Positions 46,201 to 55,843 of a DNA stretch of 64,000 nucleotides are shown one piece after another. The notes under the pieces were generated by a model. That model did not search any database and was not told the origin of the DNA. It saw only the letters and a program-made list of their open reading frames with translations. A program made the position numbers and the translations under genes. The stretch lies in IMG/VR virus record IMGVR_UViG_3300049846_000568, positions 64,001 through 128,000 of that record; one strand, written 5' to 3'. Within the stretch, counting starts at the first letter, position 1. Each line of letters begins with the position of its first letter. Source of the stretch: a virus.

Positions 46201-49200
46201 ATTCATATGGGGCCGTTCCGAAGTGACGCTTAAGAAATGGCATTACCTTGCCAAATCGACCCTGCCAACCCGAACCGGACATCGCCTCATACTTACCAGT
46301 AGCAACATCCCCAATGAGGTCGTGGCTAAGTGCTCCACCCACATTAACAAAGTGTTGCATGGCAGCTTGAGTATTCTGAAGTGTACTGAACTTCGGGTTA
46401 TAGCCGATGAAGTTCGAGTAATCTAACTGAGTACCAAGAAGAGCTGCACGAGCCTCAATATACTGAACTCGCGAGATCATACCGCGACGTTTCATAGATT
46501 CTAGCTGCTGGCTCATATCGCCAATAGCGCGCTCGAATCCGCCTCTTTCATTATTGCCCAGAATACCCTTCATCGTGATTAGGTACTTCTGGAAGTCAGC
46601 GCGGAACTGATCCTCTCGTGTACTAATTGTTCCAGAAATACCAGGAACTGAAGTATCCCAGTAAGTCGAGCCCGGTTCGTTCTTAATGTGTCGATATACT
46701 AGGAGCTTCTGTGCGCGTCGTACAGATGTCTGCACCTCGCTAGACATAATAGAGGCGTCATCGAGGTGCTGCTCTGCTGTCAGCCTGGCAAACTCAATAA
46801 GCTGCGCTTGTGACTTGATATCGGCCAGATTATGAACTCCGGGAGCAATAATGCCGCCAGGAACACCTTTCCTTAAGTTGACGTTGAAGACTCCGCCATC
46901 TCCATCTTTTGTTCTGAATGGGGCTTCATTCTCCAGCTTACGTGGAATACCTCTAGCTCGAAATAGATCTGGGAACCTGTCAAATGCATTTGCCACTGCC
47001 TGCTGGTCAAACGCGACACGGCCAGCACTTCCCGTGGGCTGAGCAAGATCGTAGACAACACCCCTCTTAACGTCTAAGCGTAGACGCTTTCCCTTAGCCT
47101 CAATGGTCTCCCCAGAAAGGAGCCTGGAGAAGACGATTGGGTTATTGATATCCGTGTGACGATTACGGAAACGACCAAACCAACCAAAGACAGAGTCTGG
47201 CTGGTGATCAGAAATGTTAAACGCAGACTTAAACCTCTCCCATCTTGTAGGCTGACGAGGGTTTCCATTTGCGTCTACTAATGGCGCAGAAATACGACCT
47301 AGATCACCCGCGGCAATCTTGACCTGATGAGCTTCAATTGTGTTGGCTACAGTAGAGATTGGACGGTACTTACCAGGAAGCACATGTTCCCTAAGCAGGC
47401 CATCCTGACCCCACTTGAATGATGCTACGTTGCCCTTACTGCCACGAGCGGTGGCGCGAGTCCACATCAAGAAGTCTGGGTTGTCTGCGCCCTGCAAGAA
47501 TGGCTGGTTGACGTTACCCGAGACGTACTGAATCATCGAGCGTTCACGCATATTGCGGAAGCCAGAATAACCAAGTGTCTTCAGTGGCATGAGGTGGATA
47601 AGGGGGATCTGGAACTCGTCTGCCAGCTTATCGTTGAACTTGCGGATTCCCCTTCGAACAGAGTTGAAATCTAGCAGCTCACCATTGACGCTCTGATAGA
47701 GGCCGCCAACATTGTAGCGACCCATCGAGGATACGGGGTCTCGTGCGCCCATCGTCTTGATAAGGCCACGAATCTCGTTTTCTCTCTTATCGGTTGTACG
47801 GAAATAGCCTTTATCTAGGGCCTCCTCCACGCCAACTGCCCTGTAACCAAGGAAGTTGTAACCGCCCTTATTCCAGGGTTTGCTAATTGCCTTCTTGGTA
47901 ACAAGCTGGGCACGGAGTGCACCGAAGTTCCTGGGGTCTAGACCTATGCGCTTTAGGTGATCTTCCACCATAGCGTCGGAAACAACATCGCCAACATCAT
48001 TACGCATGCGCAGACCGGTAAGCTCTGCGGTCTTACGTGTTAGGAATTTCTGACGCTCTGTAGAGAGGCCACCACTAAACATCTGATAGGGGAGTTTGCC
48101 CTTGCCGAGAATTGATTCACCCATACGGGGAACCGTCTCGTTATAGAATAGGTTCCACTCACCAACGATTCTGTCGTCAATACCTTTTCTTAAAGCGCGA
48201 TCTTTGAAGAGGTGATCCACCCTTTCAATCGCATCCGGCATGTGCTTGATGAAGTTTTGGGGATCTTTAAGCTTGAGTTGGCCAGCGAGATATGCATAGA
48301 TCTCCTGGTCACTATTCATCTGTAGTGACTTACCACCCACCTTAAATCGGCTTGTGATGTGTGTGCCGGTTATTGGAGCGTTAACTCCTACTACCTGATG
48401 GAATCTAGCGATAGCTTCTTCGTCTAGGCCAGCTTTACTTAGCTCCTGCCTCAACCTAGCGTTGTAGATGTCGTGAACTCTGTTTTGGTAGAATTCACCA
48501 TTCTTCCAGGCAGGGTTTACCCTGCCATTTCGTAGAACTGGCTGACCGCCACTTAACCTGTCTAGCGAGCCAAGCAGTTCTTCAATTGGTGAGCCCCCGC
48601 CATACAGCGCTTCGTTAAGCGCTTTCTTTTCATCGGGGCTGGCATCACGGATGAATGCAGACCTACCCTTTGCGAGCATTGAGGAAAGAGCTTTTTGCTG
48701 AGCCTCAATACTTGTGCTCGCCTCCCTCGCGGCCTGTATACCAGAATACATACCCTTGAAGGGACCGGGCAGGGCGTCAAATGGTGATGTCGGCATCTTC
48801 GTCAGAGCACCGCCTAGGTTAAAGAAGATGCGAGCCTTCTCACCCCAAATCCGCGCCTTACTCATACCCTTGAACTGGGCCTTATCGATGGCCTCTCTTG
48901 TACCGTGTCGATACCAGTTTAGGAAGTCTACAACGCCGACCTGATTATCGTTGGCCACCTTAACGGCGGTGGCAAAAGCGCCAGTAGAACGACGCGAGAA
49001 GTTAATAGCACTGTTAGCCACTGTACCAAGATCGTGACCAACTTCCTGCAGCAGGTCGCGTACGCCGGTCACCTGCTGATAGGCTATTCGTTGCGACTTA
49101 GTCAACCTAGCAAGGTCGTCGCCATAGCTCAAGACTTGACGAAGACCCTGCGATGCCGCAGCCTGGCCCACGTCAAACGGGCTAAACATGAAGGCTGCGT

Positions 49201-49918
49201 TCTTGACGCTCTGGGTTACGAAGTCGGAAACAACGTCAACGGGGTTAAACCAATTAACCTTTTGGTCTTCTGATGGCTGACCGTTGAACAGTCGATCTGT
49301 GACGCCGCGCTGTGCTACATATGCCGCTGGTAGCTCGTAGGGGAGGCGGCGAGCTGACATGACAGCCTTCTGTCGCAGCTCATCTTTTAGGGTCCAGTCC
49401 GCAACACTGTCAATACCCTTTTTACCGTACCGGGCGGCTGCCTTCTTTTCTTCGTAGGTCTGATACCAGCCCTTAACGGTGATGAGTTCATCGTTTGGTG
49501 CACGACCATCTGAAAGGACCTGCTTACCATAACGAATATTGCCCTGTGGGTCTTCCCAGAAGAGCTTGCCGGCATTCTCGGGGGAATATGCTTCTGCGTT
49601 TCGTACGACACCCTGGAAGTCGTCAAGCAGATCGCGTAGCTGTCTCGCGTCCTTGATAAGGGCTGGAGCTACACCCTCCTCTTGCATCTTGACGAAGAGT
49701 TTAACGCCACCCTTACGTACTGTCTGGCTTGCTACCGCAGTAGCTGCAAGGGTTGCGCCCGTAACAGCAAAAAAGCGTAGAACAGGATGGTCCTTAAGTG
49801 CGTTGGAGATAACACCACCACTTGGGTTAGCTCCTTGCTGGACATCCTTGTCTACGCCTAGATTGCGACTGTTGACCCCAAAGCCTAAGTTATATGCTGG
49901 ACCCTTATCTTGGATCAT
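43289..49918 (-). CDS. Tape-measure-like protein (2209 aa)
   Basis: Follows the tube and chaperone genes; long, A/G/R-rich, helical, with hydrophobic Gly/Ala segments. Confidence 0.7.
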   Translation of the reverse strand: MIQDKGPAYNLGFGVNSRNLGVDKDVQQGANPSGGVISNALKDHPVLRFFAVTGATLAATAVASQTVRKGGVKLFVKMQEEGVAPALIKDARQLRDLLDDFQGVVRNAEAYSPENAGKLFWEDPQGNIRYGKQVLSDGRAPNDELITVKGWYQTYEEKKAAARYGKKGIDSVADWTLKDELRQKAVMSARRLPYELPAAYVAQRGVTDRLFNGQPSEDQKVNWFNPVDVVSDFVTQSVKNAAFMFSPFDVGQAAASQGLRQVLSYGDDLARLTKSQRIAYQQVTGVRDLLQEVGHDLGTVANSAINFSRRSTGAFATAVKVANDNQVGVVDFLNWYRHGTREAIDKAQFKGMSKARIWGEKARIFFNLGGALTKMPTSPFDALPGPFKGMYSGIQAAREASTSIEAQQKALSSMLAKGRSAFIRDASPDEKKALNEALYGGGSPIEELLGSLDRLSGGQPVLRNGRVNPAWKNGEFYQNRVHDIYNARLRQELSKAGLDEEAIARFHQVVGVNAPITGTHITSRFKVGGKSLQMNSDQEIYAYLAGQLKLKDPQNFIKHMPDAIERVDHLFKDRALRKGIDDRIVGEWNLFYNETVPRMGESILGKGKLPYQMFSGGLSTERQKFLTRKTAELTGLRMRNDVGDVVSDAMVEDHLKRIGLDPRNFGALRAQLVTKKAISKPWNKGGYNFLGYRAVGVEEALDKGYFRTTDKRENEIRGLIKTMGARDPVSSMGRYNVGGLYQSVNGELLDFNSVRRGIRKFNDKLADEFQIPLIHLMPLKTLGYSGFRNMRERSMIQYVSGNVNQPFLQGADNPDFLMWTRATARGSKGNVASFKWGQDGLLREHVLPGKYRPISTVANTIEAHQVKIAAGDLGRISAPLVDANGNPRQPTRWERFKSAFNISDHQPDSVFGWFGRFRNRHTDINNPIVFSRLLSGETIEAKGKRLRLDVKRGVVYDLAQPTGSAGRVAFDQQAVANAFDRFPDLFRARGIPRKLENEAPFRTKDGDGGVFNVNLRKGVPGGIIAPGVHNLADIKSQAQLIEFARLTAEQHLDDASIMSSEVQTSVRRAQKLLVYRHIKNEPGSTYWDTSVPGISGTISTREDQFRADFQKYLITMKGILGNNERGGFERAIGDMSQQLESMKRRGMISRVQYIEARAALLGTQLDYSNFIGYNPKFSTLQNTQAAMQHFVNVGGALSHDLIGDVATGKYEAMSGSGWQGRFGKVMPFLKRHFGTAPYEYHGQEYDPFSGNIALVPTFATAYARNPKGAVASVLGMNTWSNRQAFSGSSILSGHLVDRLNKGFGFVGMSLDPTKYKSPMDMYARGLVGQRILPLVAAGTTAVALDRTVGGFANPKDAEGNRVYSPYFLGGLATGVAYGQAALAGVMPGGQTFEQKRDEIFKGEVPIRSGRWWPLGNTPWKGGRIEYFRPSWYRRLKSGYAYTDQAYGSPLERLAFGYDFSPLRPLDPYRFEREHYADRPYPASGEYFTGPWGPLRSALNATVGRVLKPQIKMHKQELEGGLSQYLPTGEQGAYFAPPGSPGAMSVIGGAAGGMTTVGATSGKSGIFLPASGSVSAAGAGMAISRANAGMSAAGRTPMATGRNISFGSISSTNAGYSAAAYSGAYGPVQAPGAMSPRVIGGAPPTSTRNLGYQSRQLGYELQEMAGIYGFAFGAVRESLGFGNQDLTTARPVLDSAGRAYGSTRGFWSLGLGGLGDVPSPLEGNFANIEFSEIIRRFIPRERSGTEFINPIRNQMGQQYPWLPNSNSGYYLDFSTGDPYTKISEGEMRLPGTGYERLHQLHSDRYGKYGIADIHKILGDVAPWSQEYRRIDRVVGNLEGSAAEQVQLTRDQVAAKAQEHEFTPYQHKYTIPTNTVQAIERGWEAFQHFDTPFNTKFMPNRTAVEDWERFNVYGATFPQWQNPIRDFFEPMLYKSTQRDPFQAALVLGGTGTLFGKTAQGKVIGAVAGAGLGFASSMIGKIQEAVTGRRYMPEFRRKEVALEEYTDILSYVKNTHLANMASTMGDMQAASEYKRRASSTLYGVDVYNAPVDQIAQAIPKRKREHFMAMAQAPEQERDRILSTAGRLERRALEAVWGRQVEARPDLDEYFEHHELPGPGSSLWHPNTNMDQVKVKMGQSMGLDMSQMGYYPQQVREANLVNPAYPSFNAVSRGGDVKSRLRDLMHGNGIHGDVQMIRTPYPGTRLEVNAGVY

Positions 49919-49936
49919 TCAGTCTCCTACTTACCC

Positions 49937-50590
49937 CTACAGACCTCCAAGTGCCTGATGGAGTTTAGCGGCAATTGGATCGTCAACTCTTGCTGCGCCG
50001 AACGAGCTAGATGCATCGGGATCTGCCTGCTTGCGCCTCATCTTCTCGAACTCCGCTTCCTGGATCTGCCTATCCTTTTCTGACATCTCTTCTGGATCGA
50101 TGATCTCAAGCTGAAGTTCGATGTTTGGATCATAGATACTCTTCTTGATCTGGATAATCTGTTCTGCGATGGCGACCTTCTCTGCGAGTTGCGAGAAAGT
50201 CATATCATCCAAATCCTGTACCGTAAGACAAAGTTCTGCGTGGCATGCGAGAACTACAGACTTCATAACATTGACCACGTCTTGTGCGTGATCCCTCTTT
50301 TCTTCAAAAATTGCTTTAGCCTTCTTTGGATTAGTAAAGGAGGAAACATCCAAAATCTCGTTGGCTAGAGCCGTAATTGTACCGGGACGCAGCTTGGGAT
50401 TGTCGGGCCACACAACGGCGCAGCTAACAGCATATTCCTCAGCCTCTGCTGAAGACATGCCAGACACTAAGAGTTTGTTGTATTCGCCCAGTGTTAGTGG
50501 GCGAAACACATACTCCTGCGTGCCAAAGGAGGCGGAATAGATTTCTCCATATGCCTCCTTTAACCGGGAGACAATCTCCTTAGTAGGCAT
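49937..50590 (-). CDS. Tail assembly chaperone-like protein 2
   Basis: LKEAYGEIY...YVFRPLTLGEY; directly upstream of the tape measure. Confidence 0.65.
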   Translation of the reverse strand: MPTKEIVSRLKEAYGEIYSASFGTQEYVFRPLTLGEYNKLLVSGMSSAEAEEYAVSCAVVWPDNPKLRPGTITALANEILDVSSFTNPKKAKAIFEEKRDHAQDVVNVMKSVVLACHAELCLTVQDLDDMTFSQLAEKVAIAEQIIQIKKSIYDPNIELQLEIIDPEEMSEKDRQIQEAEFEKMRRKQADPDASSSFGAARVDDPIAAKLHQALGGL

Positions 50591-51082
50591 TTACAGCTGT
50601 CGTACTTCCAGAGCCGTGAAACCGGAGGCCTCCATCACCTGCTGAGCGATTAGTGAGGGGGTACCAGCTAGGCCTGACTTCTTCTCCTTGCGATCATACT
50701 TGGGGAAGAGCATGCACAGCTCTGCAATTGCTTCCTCGTTGTACAGATTCGCACGGGCTGGACTTAGCTGACCGGAATCTACAAGATCCTCCATACGCTC
50801 AATGTGAGCGTTGTACTCGGGTCGAGTAAGCGGTCGCCAAATCACGTGCTTGTCAACAGTAATAGAGGTTACGTAGATATCGCCGTACTCTTCTTTCCAG
50901 TCGGTTACGTCGCCAGCGGTTGGCCCGCCAGGCCAAAGCTCCTCGTCTGGGTCAAGAGATTCAACGGAAACGATATCTTCCTCGTCCTCTAGTTCATCTT
51001 CTACTGGAACCTCGGGCTCCTCGTCCTTAACTGGCTCCTCTTCTTCGGGAACCTCGTCAAGCTTAATCTTCACATTAGCCAT
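50591..51082 (-). CDS. Tail assembly chaperone-like protein 1
   Basis: WKEEYGDIY...VIWRPLTRPEY...QVMEASGF; acidic N-terminus; paralog of the next gene. Confidence 0.65.
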   Translation of the reverse strand: MANVKIKLDEVPEEEEPVKDEEPEVPVEDELEDEEDIVSVESLDPDEELWPGGPTAGDVTDWKEEYGDIYVTSITVDKHVIWRPLTRPEYNAHIERMEDLVDSGQLSPARANLYNEEAIAELCMLFPKYDRKEKKSGLAGTPSLIAQQVMEASGFTALEVRQL

Positions 51083-51092
51083 TACTTACCAC

Positions 51093-51962
51093 CTATCTTG
51101 GAATCATAATATCGCGAGCGATAAAACTATATACCTCTGAACATACAGTGCCATCTGGAGAATACTCTGCCTGTAGGCCTGTCAACTCCACATTGGAGAG
51201 AATGATTTGTGTCGATGAGTTATTCACACCACTATGAACAAGGCGCTCATTAACGTTCGTGAATGCCGCCGTATCTGTCTGATATCGCTGATAAACCTCG
51301 TTAAAGCGGTTTGACGGATCTGGCTTCAAGCTCATCGGCTGAATGCCGTACTCGATCAACAAGTTAAAGGGGGGATGGATGCTCCAAATTCGCTTCTGCT
51401 GCTCCTGGTCTTTCTGCTCAATGTGTCTGTCCCAGTATAGCGCAACATTCTGCTCATCGGTATCTAGACCACGAATTGGATGTAGTCCAGTTCTACTCTC
51501 CTTACGTGCAGTAGCGGCTTCAGCAATCATGTCTGTCAGTCTATTGGGGTATGTTGTAACAAGGCGGAAAACACCAGTGACAATACGCGTTCCCCTCATC
51601 ATGGCGTCGTAGGTGTAGCTCCAGAAGCCGTACACCGGTGTCTTCTCCTGTTGTACCGAGAAAGACAGCTCAACAAATGGGGACTGATCTGGATCACTAA
51701 CCGAAATGTTTTTTGCGCCCTCGATCATAATGCGAACATCTTGACCGGTAAAGTAGTAATCGAAGTAGGTTAGTGGATGTCGCTCGCCAGAATAGTTGCC
51801 CCAAATGAAGTCCTGTTCTGGGTCAAGATCCTGGAAGATGTTAACTTCTTGACGCTTCTTACGCGCCGCCTCAATAGCTAGCTGAAACTGACGATCAAGA
51901 ACACTCTTTGTAGGACTCGCTGTCCACTTATCTAGTTCTCTTCTGTCGTCTGCGATACCCAT
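51093..51962 (-). CDS. Tail tube-like paralog 3 (tube initiator/hub-proximal)
   Basis: YFTGQDVRI...QEKTPVYGFWSYTYDAMMRGTRIVTG...EVYSFIARD. Confidence 0.65.
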   Translation of the reverse strand: MGIADDRRELDKWTASPTKSVLDRQFQLAIEAARKKRQEVNIFQDLDPEQDFIWGNYSGERHPLTYFDYYFTGQDVRIMIEGAKNISVSDPDQSPFVELSFSVQQEKTPVYGFWSYTYDAMMRGTRIVTGVFRLVTTYPNRLTDMIAEAATARKESRTGLHPIRGLDTDEQNVALYWDRHIEQKDQEQQKRIWSIHPPFNLLIEYGIQPMSLKPDPSNRFNEVYQRYQTDTAAFTNVNERLVHSGVNNSSTQIILSNVELTGLQAEYSPDGTVCSEVYSFIARDIMIPR

Positions 51963-51963
51963 A

Positions 51964-52713
51964 TTAACCTCTGAATGAGATTGTATTTGTTGTTGGCTTA
52001 AGCGTTAAGTAGGTTGGCTGATTACGCCACTCCTCAAAATCCTGAGGCGTATAATTGATAAGCGGCTGAATACCCCTAGCCATATAGGTGTATGTTTGCT
52101 CTGTGATTAAGTCATCAACAGACATTGTACCACCTTCGTCAACAATTGTTACGCCGAAGATTTTGAGCTTAGAAACAAGACCAAGTTCATTAGAGAAAGT
52201 CAAGATAATGTCAAATGGAGGCAGCATATCTGCAAGAGGAAAGAGATTGTGCTTCATCATTTCCTTGAATTGCTGCAGGCGATAGAATGTGTATTCGTCA
52301 AACTGAGTGAAGATAAGACTTCCGGCGATTGTGCGCGGCCCCCTGACAAACCCTGCGGGGTTAACATTACCCAAGACTCGTACTGGACTGTTCTCCCTGT
52401 GGATTGAGTAGGAGATTGTCTGCAGCTCGCCAAGCGTGAGATCTGTCTTCTCGTTCGGAACCAGAATAGTTGCTACGATATCTGTACCAGCATAGGAGTT
52501 GTACAGAACTGGGAAGCTCTCTCTAGGGCCGACTCTCTCGTTGGCCATTAAGACTTGGTTGACAGCGGAAAGATTTGAATACTTGCGATATCCAGCGTAA
52601 GTATTCTGCGTTACGTCGTTTTCAATGTCGGCTATACGCAGATCGCGCCAAATCTTGGGATCGTAGGGTATCGCGATTTCCTGATTCAGATCTTCACGAC
52701 CTATTTCTGGCAT
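51964..52713 (-). CDS. Tail tube-like paralog 2
   Basis: SYAGTDIVA...LQTISYSIHRENSPVRVLG...RGPRTIAGSLIFTQFD...LPPFDI...TYMAR. Confidence 0.7.
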   Translation of the reverse strand: MPEIGREDLNQEIAIPYDPKIWRDLRIADIENDVTQNTYAGYRKYSNLSAVNQVLMANERVGPRESFPVLYNSYAGTDIVATILVPNEKTDLTLGELQTISYSIHRENSPVRVLGNVNPAGFVRGPRTIAGSLIFTQFDEYTFYRLQQFKEMMKHNLFPLADMLPPFDIILTFSNELGLVSKLKIFGVTIVDEGGTMSVDDLITEQTYTYMARGIQPLINYTPQDFEEWRNQPTYLTLKPTTNTISFRG

Positions 52714-52745
52714 CGTGCTCCTCGATTTATTGATTGTAGTTGATA

Positions 52746-52751
52746 TAGTAA
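52746..52751 (-). promoter_or_regulatory. TTACTA putative late-promoter core (copy 2)
   Basis: Lies just after the terminator, 33 nt upstream of the next ATG. Confidence 0.45.
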
Positions 52752-52760
52752 CAGGAGAAC

Positions 52761-52792
52761 CAACAAACCCCCCGACAAGCGGGGGGCTGTTG
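52761..52792 (-). terminator. Intrinsic terminator after the sheath-tube pair
   Basis: CAACAGCCCCCCG-CTTGT-CGGGGGGTTTGTTG: GC-rich stem followed by a U-rich tail. Confidence 0.75.
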
Positions 52793-52819
52793 AATAAGTT
52801 AAGTTGTAACTAGCTAAGA

Positions 52820-53500
52820 TTACGGGATGACGATCCTAGGTAGATCTGGATCAGCGTCCGAGAAGCCCGAGAAAGAGGCATCGCCGATACCACCATCGCG
52901 TGGCTGCTTAGTTGCGAACATTGGGCCTACGTCACGAGCCACGTATGTCATGGTCTCTTCGATTACGACGTCATCCATGGATGCGCCGGAGCCCTCGTTT
53001 AGAAGCTCTACGCCGTAGATGCTACGCATAGCTGCCTGGCCGTACTCGTTAGCAAACGTGATGGTCACATCAAATGGTGGAATCTGGTCTGCGTAGTATG
53101 GGAAGGCCTTTGCGATGTCACGTGTCTGGTACTGTACCGGGGTAATACCGCGGTGAGTTACGTTGCCATTAGTGTCGAAACCAGGCATAACGTTAGACGA
53201 ACGAGTGAAGTACTTCACGGAATCGTCGTTCACGTGCTTCAACAGCATCTCATATAGGGCTGGACGGTCGAATGTGGTGAAGATCATAGATCCTGCGATA
53301 CCACGCTTACCACGAGAGAACGAACGGGGGTTCGGGGAACCCATCGTGTAAATGGGGGCCTTCTCACGTGTGATCGACCAGGTAATACCTGATAGTGTAC
53401 CAACTGTAACGCCACCAAACACGCAGACAATATCTGCACCGGAGAATGTGGTGTAGGTGTCTGTATATCTGCTTAGCGGCTGTGTCTGTGTTGCCGGCAT
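52820..53500 (-). CDS. Major tail tube protein
   Basis: TFSGADI...ITWSITREKAPIYTMG...RGKRGIAGSMIF...IPPFDV...TYVAR. Follows the sheath gene; strong RBS GAGGAGG; terminator downstream. Confidence 0.8.
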   Translation of the reverse strand: MPATQTQPLSRYTDTYTTFSGADIVCVFGGVTVGTLSGITWSITREKAPIYTMGSPNPRSFSRGKRGIAGSMIFTTFDRPALYEMLLKHVNDDSVKYFTRSSNVMPGFDTNGNVTHRGITPVQYQTRDIAKAFPYYADQIPPFDVTITFANEYGQAAMRSIYGVELLNEGSGASMDDVVIEETMTYVARDVGPMFATKQPRDGGIGDASFSGFSDADPDLPRIVIP

Positions 53501-53548
53501 TGCTCTCCTCCTCGCGCTTTATTGGCGCATCATTGGGTTAAGGTTAAA

Positions 53549-54835
53549 TTAAAGGTTAATGCTTACCTGAACTTCGATGTTGCGAAGTTCGAATGCTGGG
53601 GTTAGGATCAGGTCGACCACAGCCTTAGCGTCCCGTGGGAAGTAGGTGACTGTGAAGTCGCTGGAGATCAGGGCCCCTAGCTTCTGCATGCCCATCAGGC
53701 CATTTGTAATACCTGTCTCTAGAGCATTGCGGATCTCAATTGTTGCTGCCTCACCGATGAAGTTCTGGGCAACATTGCGAACAACCTGTACTGCGTCGTT
53801 CACGATACGGACTGTGGTAAGTCTACGATACTGTGAAGTATCCTTGGCGAAGGTTAGGGCATCTACCCAAACAGCCTCGCGCTGGAAGTTCAGCGCTACA
53901 GGCACAACACCCTCATCGATCAGGTTCTGCTGCTGCGTCTTTGTTGGGACATAACGCAGAGCTGCGACGTTGAAGATACGCTTCATTGTGGGTGCTGACC
54001 ACGAATCTAGCTGTGTGATATAGCCTGCGTACAAAGCTGCACCGTTTGACCAACCCCAGCTGTAGGTATCCTCGTAGCCTAGTGGCTTGACCTCTACACC
54101 AACGATTGAGATATATGGACCAACTGCGCCCATGCTGTCGTCATTACGATCTGCTAGGTTTGTGATTGCGCCGCCAATGTGAGACGAAACTGCAGATGGC
54201 GTCATACCACCGGAGGTGTCAGCCTGCCCAGTCCATGGCTTGATGCCCATCACGGCAAAGCATGGGTGGGAGTTCTGAGTAATCGTCTTGCATTCTGTCG
54301 CTACCTTGAAAGCCCAGTTACGAGCTACGATCGCACTATTGTCTGCGTAGAAGCCAAACTCTGTTGTGCCAGGGGTGGCTGGTGTAGAGTGGTCATCCCA
54401 GTCATCTGAGCTTGAGCCACGACCCCATGGAACAACGATATCTGCCTGGGCTGCCTCTACAGCAGACCATGCATCGGCCCATAGGTCTGTACCACCACGG
54501 CCAGTATATGCGGCCGAGCTAATTGTGCCCATAGTGTGATCAAAAACTGTGTCAGATGGCAGGGCAACAGCACTAATGCGTGTTGCGCCACCCGCTACAG
54601 CCTCTAGATATCCACGAACGATGTCAGACTCTTCACCAAATACTGTTCCAAGTTCCTGCTCACTTGACACATTGTAGATGTCAAGGTCGTAAATCGCACG
54701 GCCAGAACTATTTTCTGTGCCATCGGCGGTTGTGCGACGCCCGAGAATCAGAACCCTTGGCCCCTGTGGGACATCTGTTCTGGATACCGTATAGAAACGG
54801 TCCTTAATTACAGTACTAACGCCTGGGAGTGCCAA
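53549..54835 (-). CDS. Tail sheath protein
   Basis: MALPGV N-terminus; sheath C-terminal YRRLTTVRIV...FIGE...LTPAFELRNIEVQV. GGAGG RBS with TTG start. Confidence 0.85.
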   Translation of the reverse strand: MALPGVSTVIKDRFYTVSRTDVPQGPRVLILGRRTTADGTENSSGRAIYDLDIYNVSSEQELGTVFGEESDIVRGYLEAVAGGATRISAVALPSDTVFDHTMGTISSAAYTGRGGTDLWADAWSAVEAAQADIVVPWGRGSSSDDWDDHSTPATPGTTEFGFYADNSAIVARNWAFKVATECKTITQNSHPCFAVMGIKPWTGQADTSGGMTPSAVSSHIGGAITNLADRNDDSMGAVGPYISIVGVEVKPLGYEDTYSWGWSNGAALYAGYITQLDSWSAPTMKRIFNVAALRYVPTKTQQQNLIDEGVVPVALNFQREAVWVDALTFAKDTSQYRRLTTVRIVNDAVQVVRNVAQNFIGEAATIEIRNALETGITNGLMGMQKLGALISSDFTVTYFPRDAKAVVDLILTPAFELRNIEVQVSINL

Positions 54836-54879
54836 TTTGATTCCTCCATAGTTACTTGCAGAGATGCGATCTAGCTATT

Positions 54880-54885
54880 TAGTAA
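54880..54885 (-). promoter_or_regulatory. TTACTA putative late-promoter core (copy 3)
   Basis: TTACTAAATA in the gap upstream of the sheath gene. Confidence 0.45.
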
Positions 54886-54954
54886 TCGAAAGCTCTGGTC
54901 AATTGTAGTTTCAGGTCATATAATTCTTGATGGAGGGCAGATTCTTTACCATGT

Positions 54955-55842
54955 TTAGGTGTTTGGCGTGGCGTATTCGTCCTGAATGTCAACCTCAACA
55001 TGGCCTAACCAAACGGCGAGCCTTCCAACTCCGTCAGCTGTGATGCTAATAGCATCTCCTGCGGCACTTTGCAAGTAAAGCTTGTTTCCGTCGATGGCCG
55101 TAATCGTGTAGCGCCAACCATGGTGTAGGCCCTCTGGTAGTGGGTTGTCTAAATCTTCATGCACGACGACCTCTGCACCAACTGTCAGAGCGTGTGTCTG
55201 CACTACGATATAGTCGGTGCCAGATGTGGCGGTGAAGACATCTCTAATAGATTCTAGGAACGTGCGGGCTCTAACCAAGATGGTATCAAATCTATCAACC
55301 GGAATCTGTCGAACCCTCTCAAGATGGATTCGGTAAACTACGGCTCTCTTGCATATATCTTCTGCGTCACGATTCTCGTCGCTATCAGATAGACGTCTTC
55401 CATACCAGATATTCGAAATGCCCAACTTCTGTAGGACAGGTGTGATTTCCTCCATGAAGTCTTCGAAAAGCTCCATGATAGCTTCGGCTAGATCTGGTTC
55501 GTTCTCTGTAATGACCGTGAACGAAATAATGTGGTTGAATACCTGACCAACAACTCTATAAATCTGACCAGTCGTCTGATCCTTTACGAATTCACGATGT
55601 CTGCGCTTATCGTCACTGTTTGCCGTCGTCTTGTTTTCAATGCCGTAAACGATACATGGATACTTGGCGAAATTCTTGCCCTGAGTTGGCAGAAGTGGAA
55701 TGTCTGGCTGCCCCTCATTCCATAGTTCTTGGATGAGGGCGATCATCTCACGAAATGTTAGATTGCCACTTGCCCTAAGATGCTCCCAGTTGCGCAGAGG
55801 TGCTGCAATCTCGTTCTTGGGCTGCGTGTAATACTCTGGCAT
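54955..55842 (-). CDS. Tail completion/terminator-like protein with C-terminal beta extension
   Basis: Between neck and sheath genes; YPCIVY...GQVFNHIISFTV...AEAIMELFEDFM. Confidence 0.55.
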   Translation of the reverse strand: MPEYYTQPKNEIAAPLRNWEHLRASGNLTFREMIALIQELWNEGQPDIPLLPTQGKNFAKYPCIVYGIENKTTANSDDKRRHREFVKDQTTGQIYRVVGQVFNHIISFTVITENEPDLAEAIMELFEDFMEEITPVLQKLGISNIWYGRRLSDSDENRDAEDICKRAVVYRIHLERVRQIPVDRFDTILVRARTFLESIRDVFTATSGTDYIVVQTHALTVGAEVVVHEDLDNPLPEGLHHGWRYTITAIDGNKLYLQSAAGDAISITADGVGRLAVWLGHVEVDIQDEYATPNT

Positions 55843-55843
55843 G

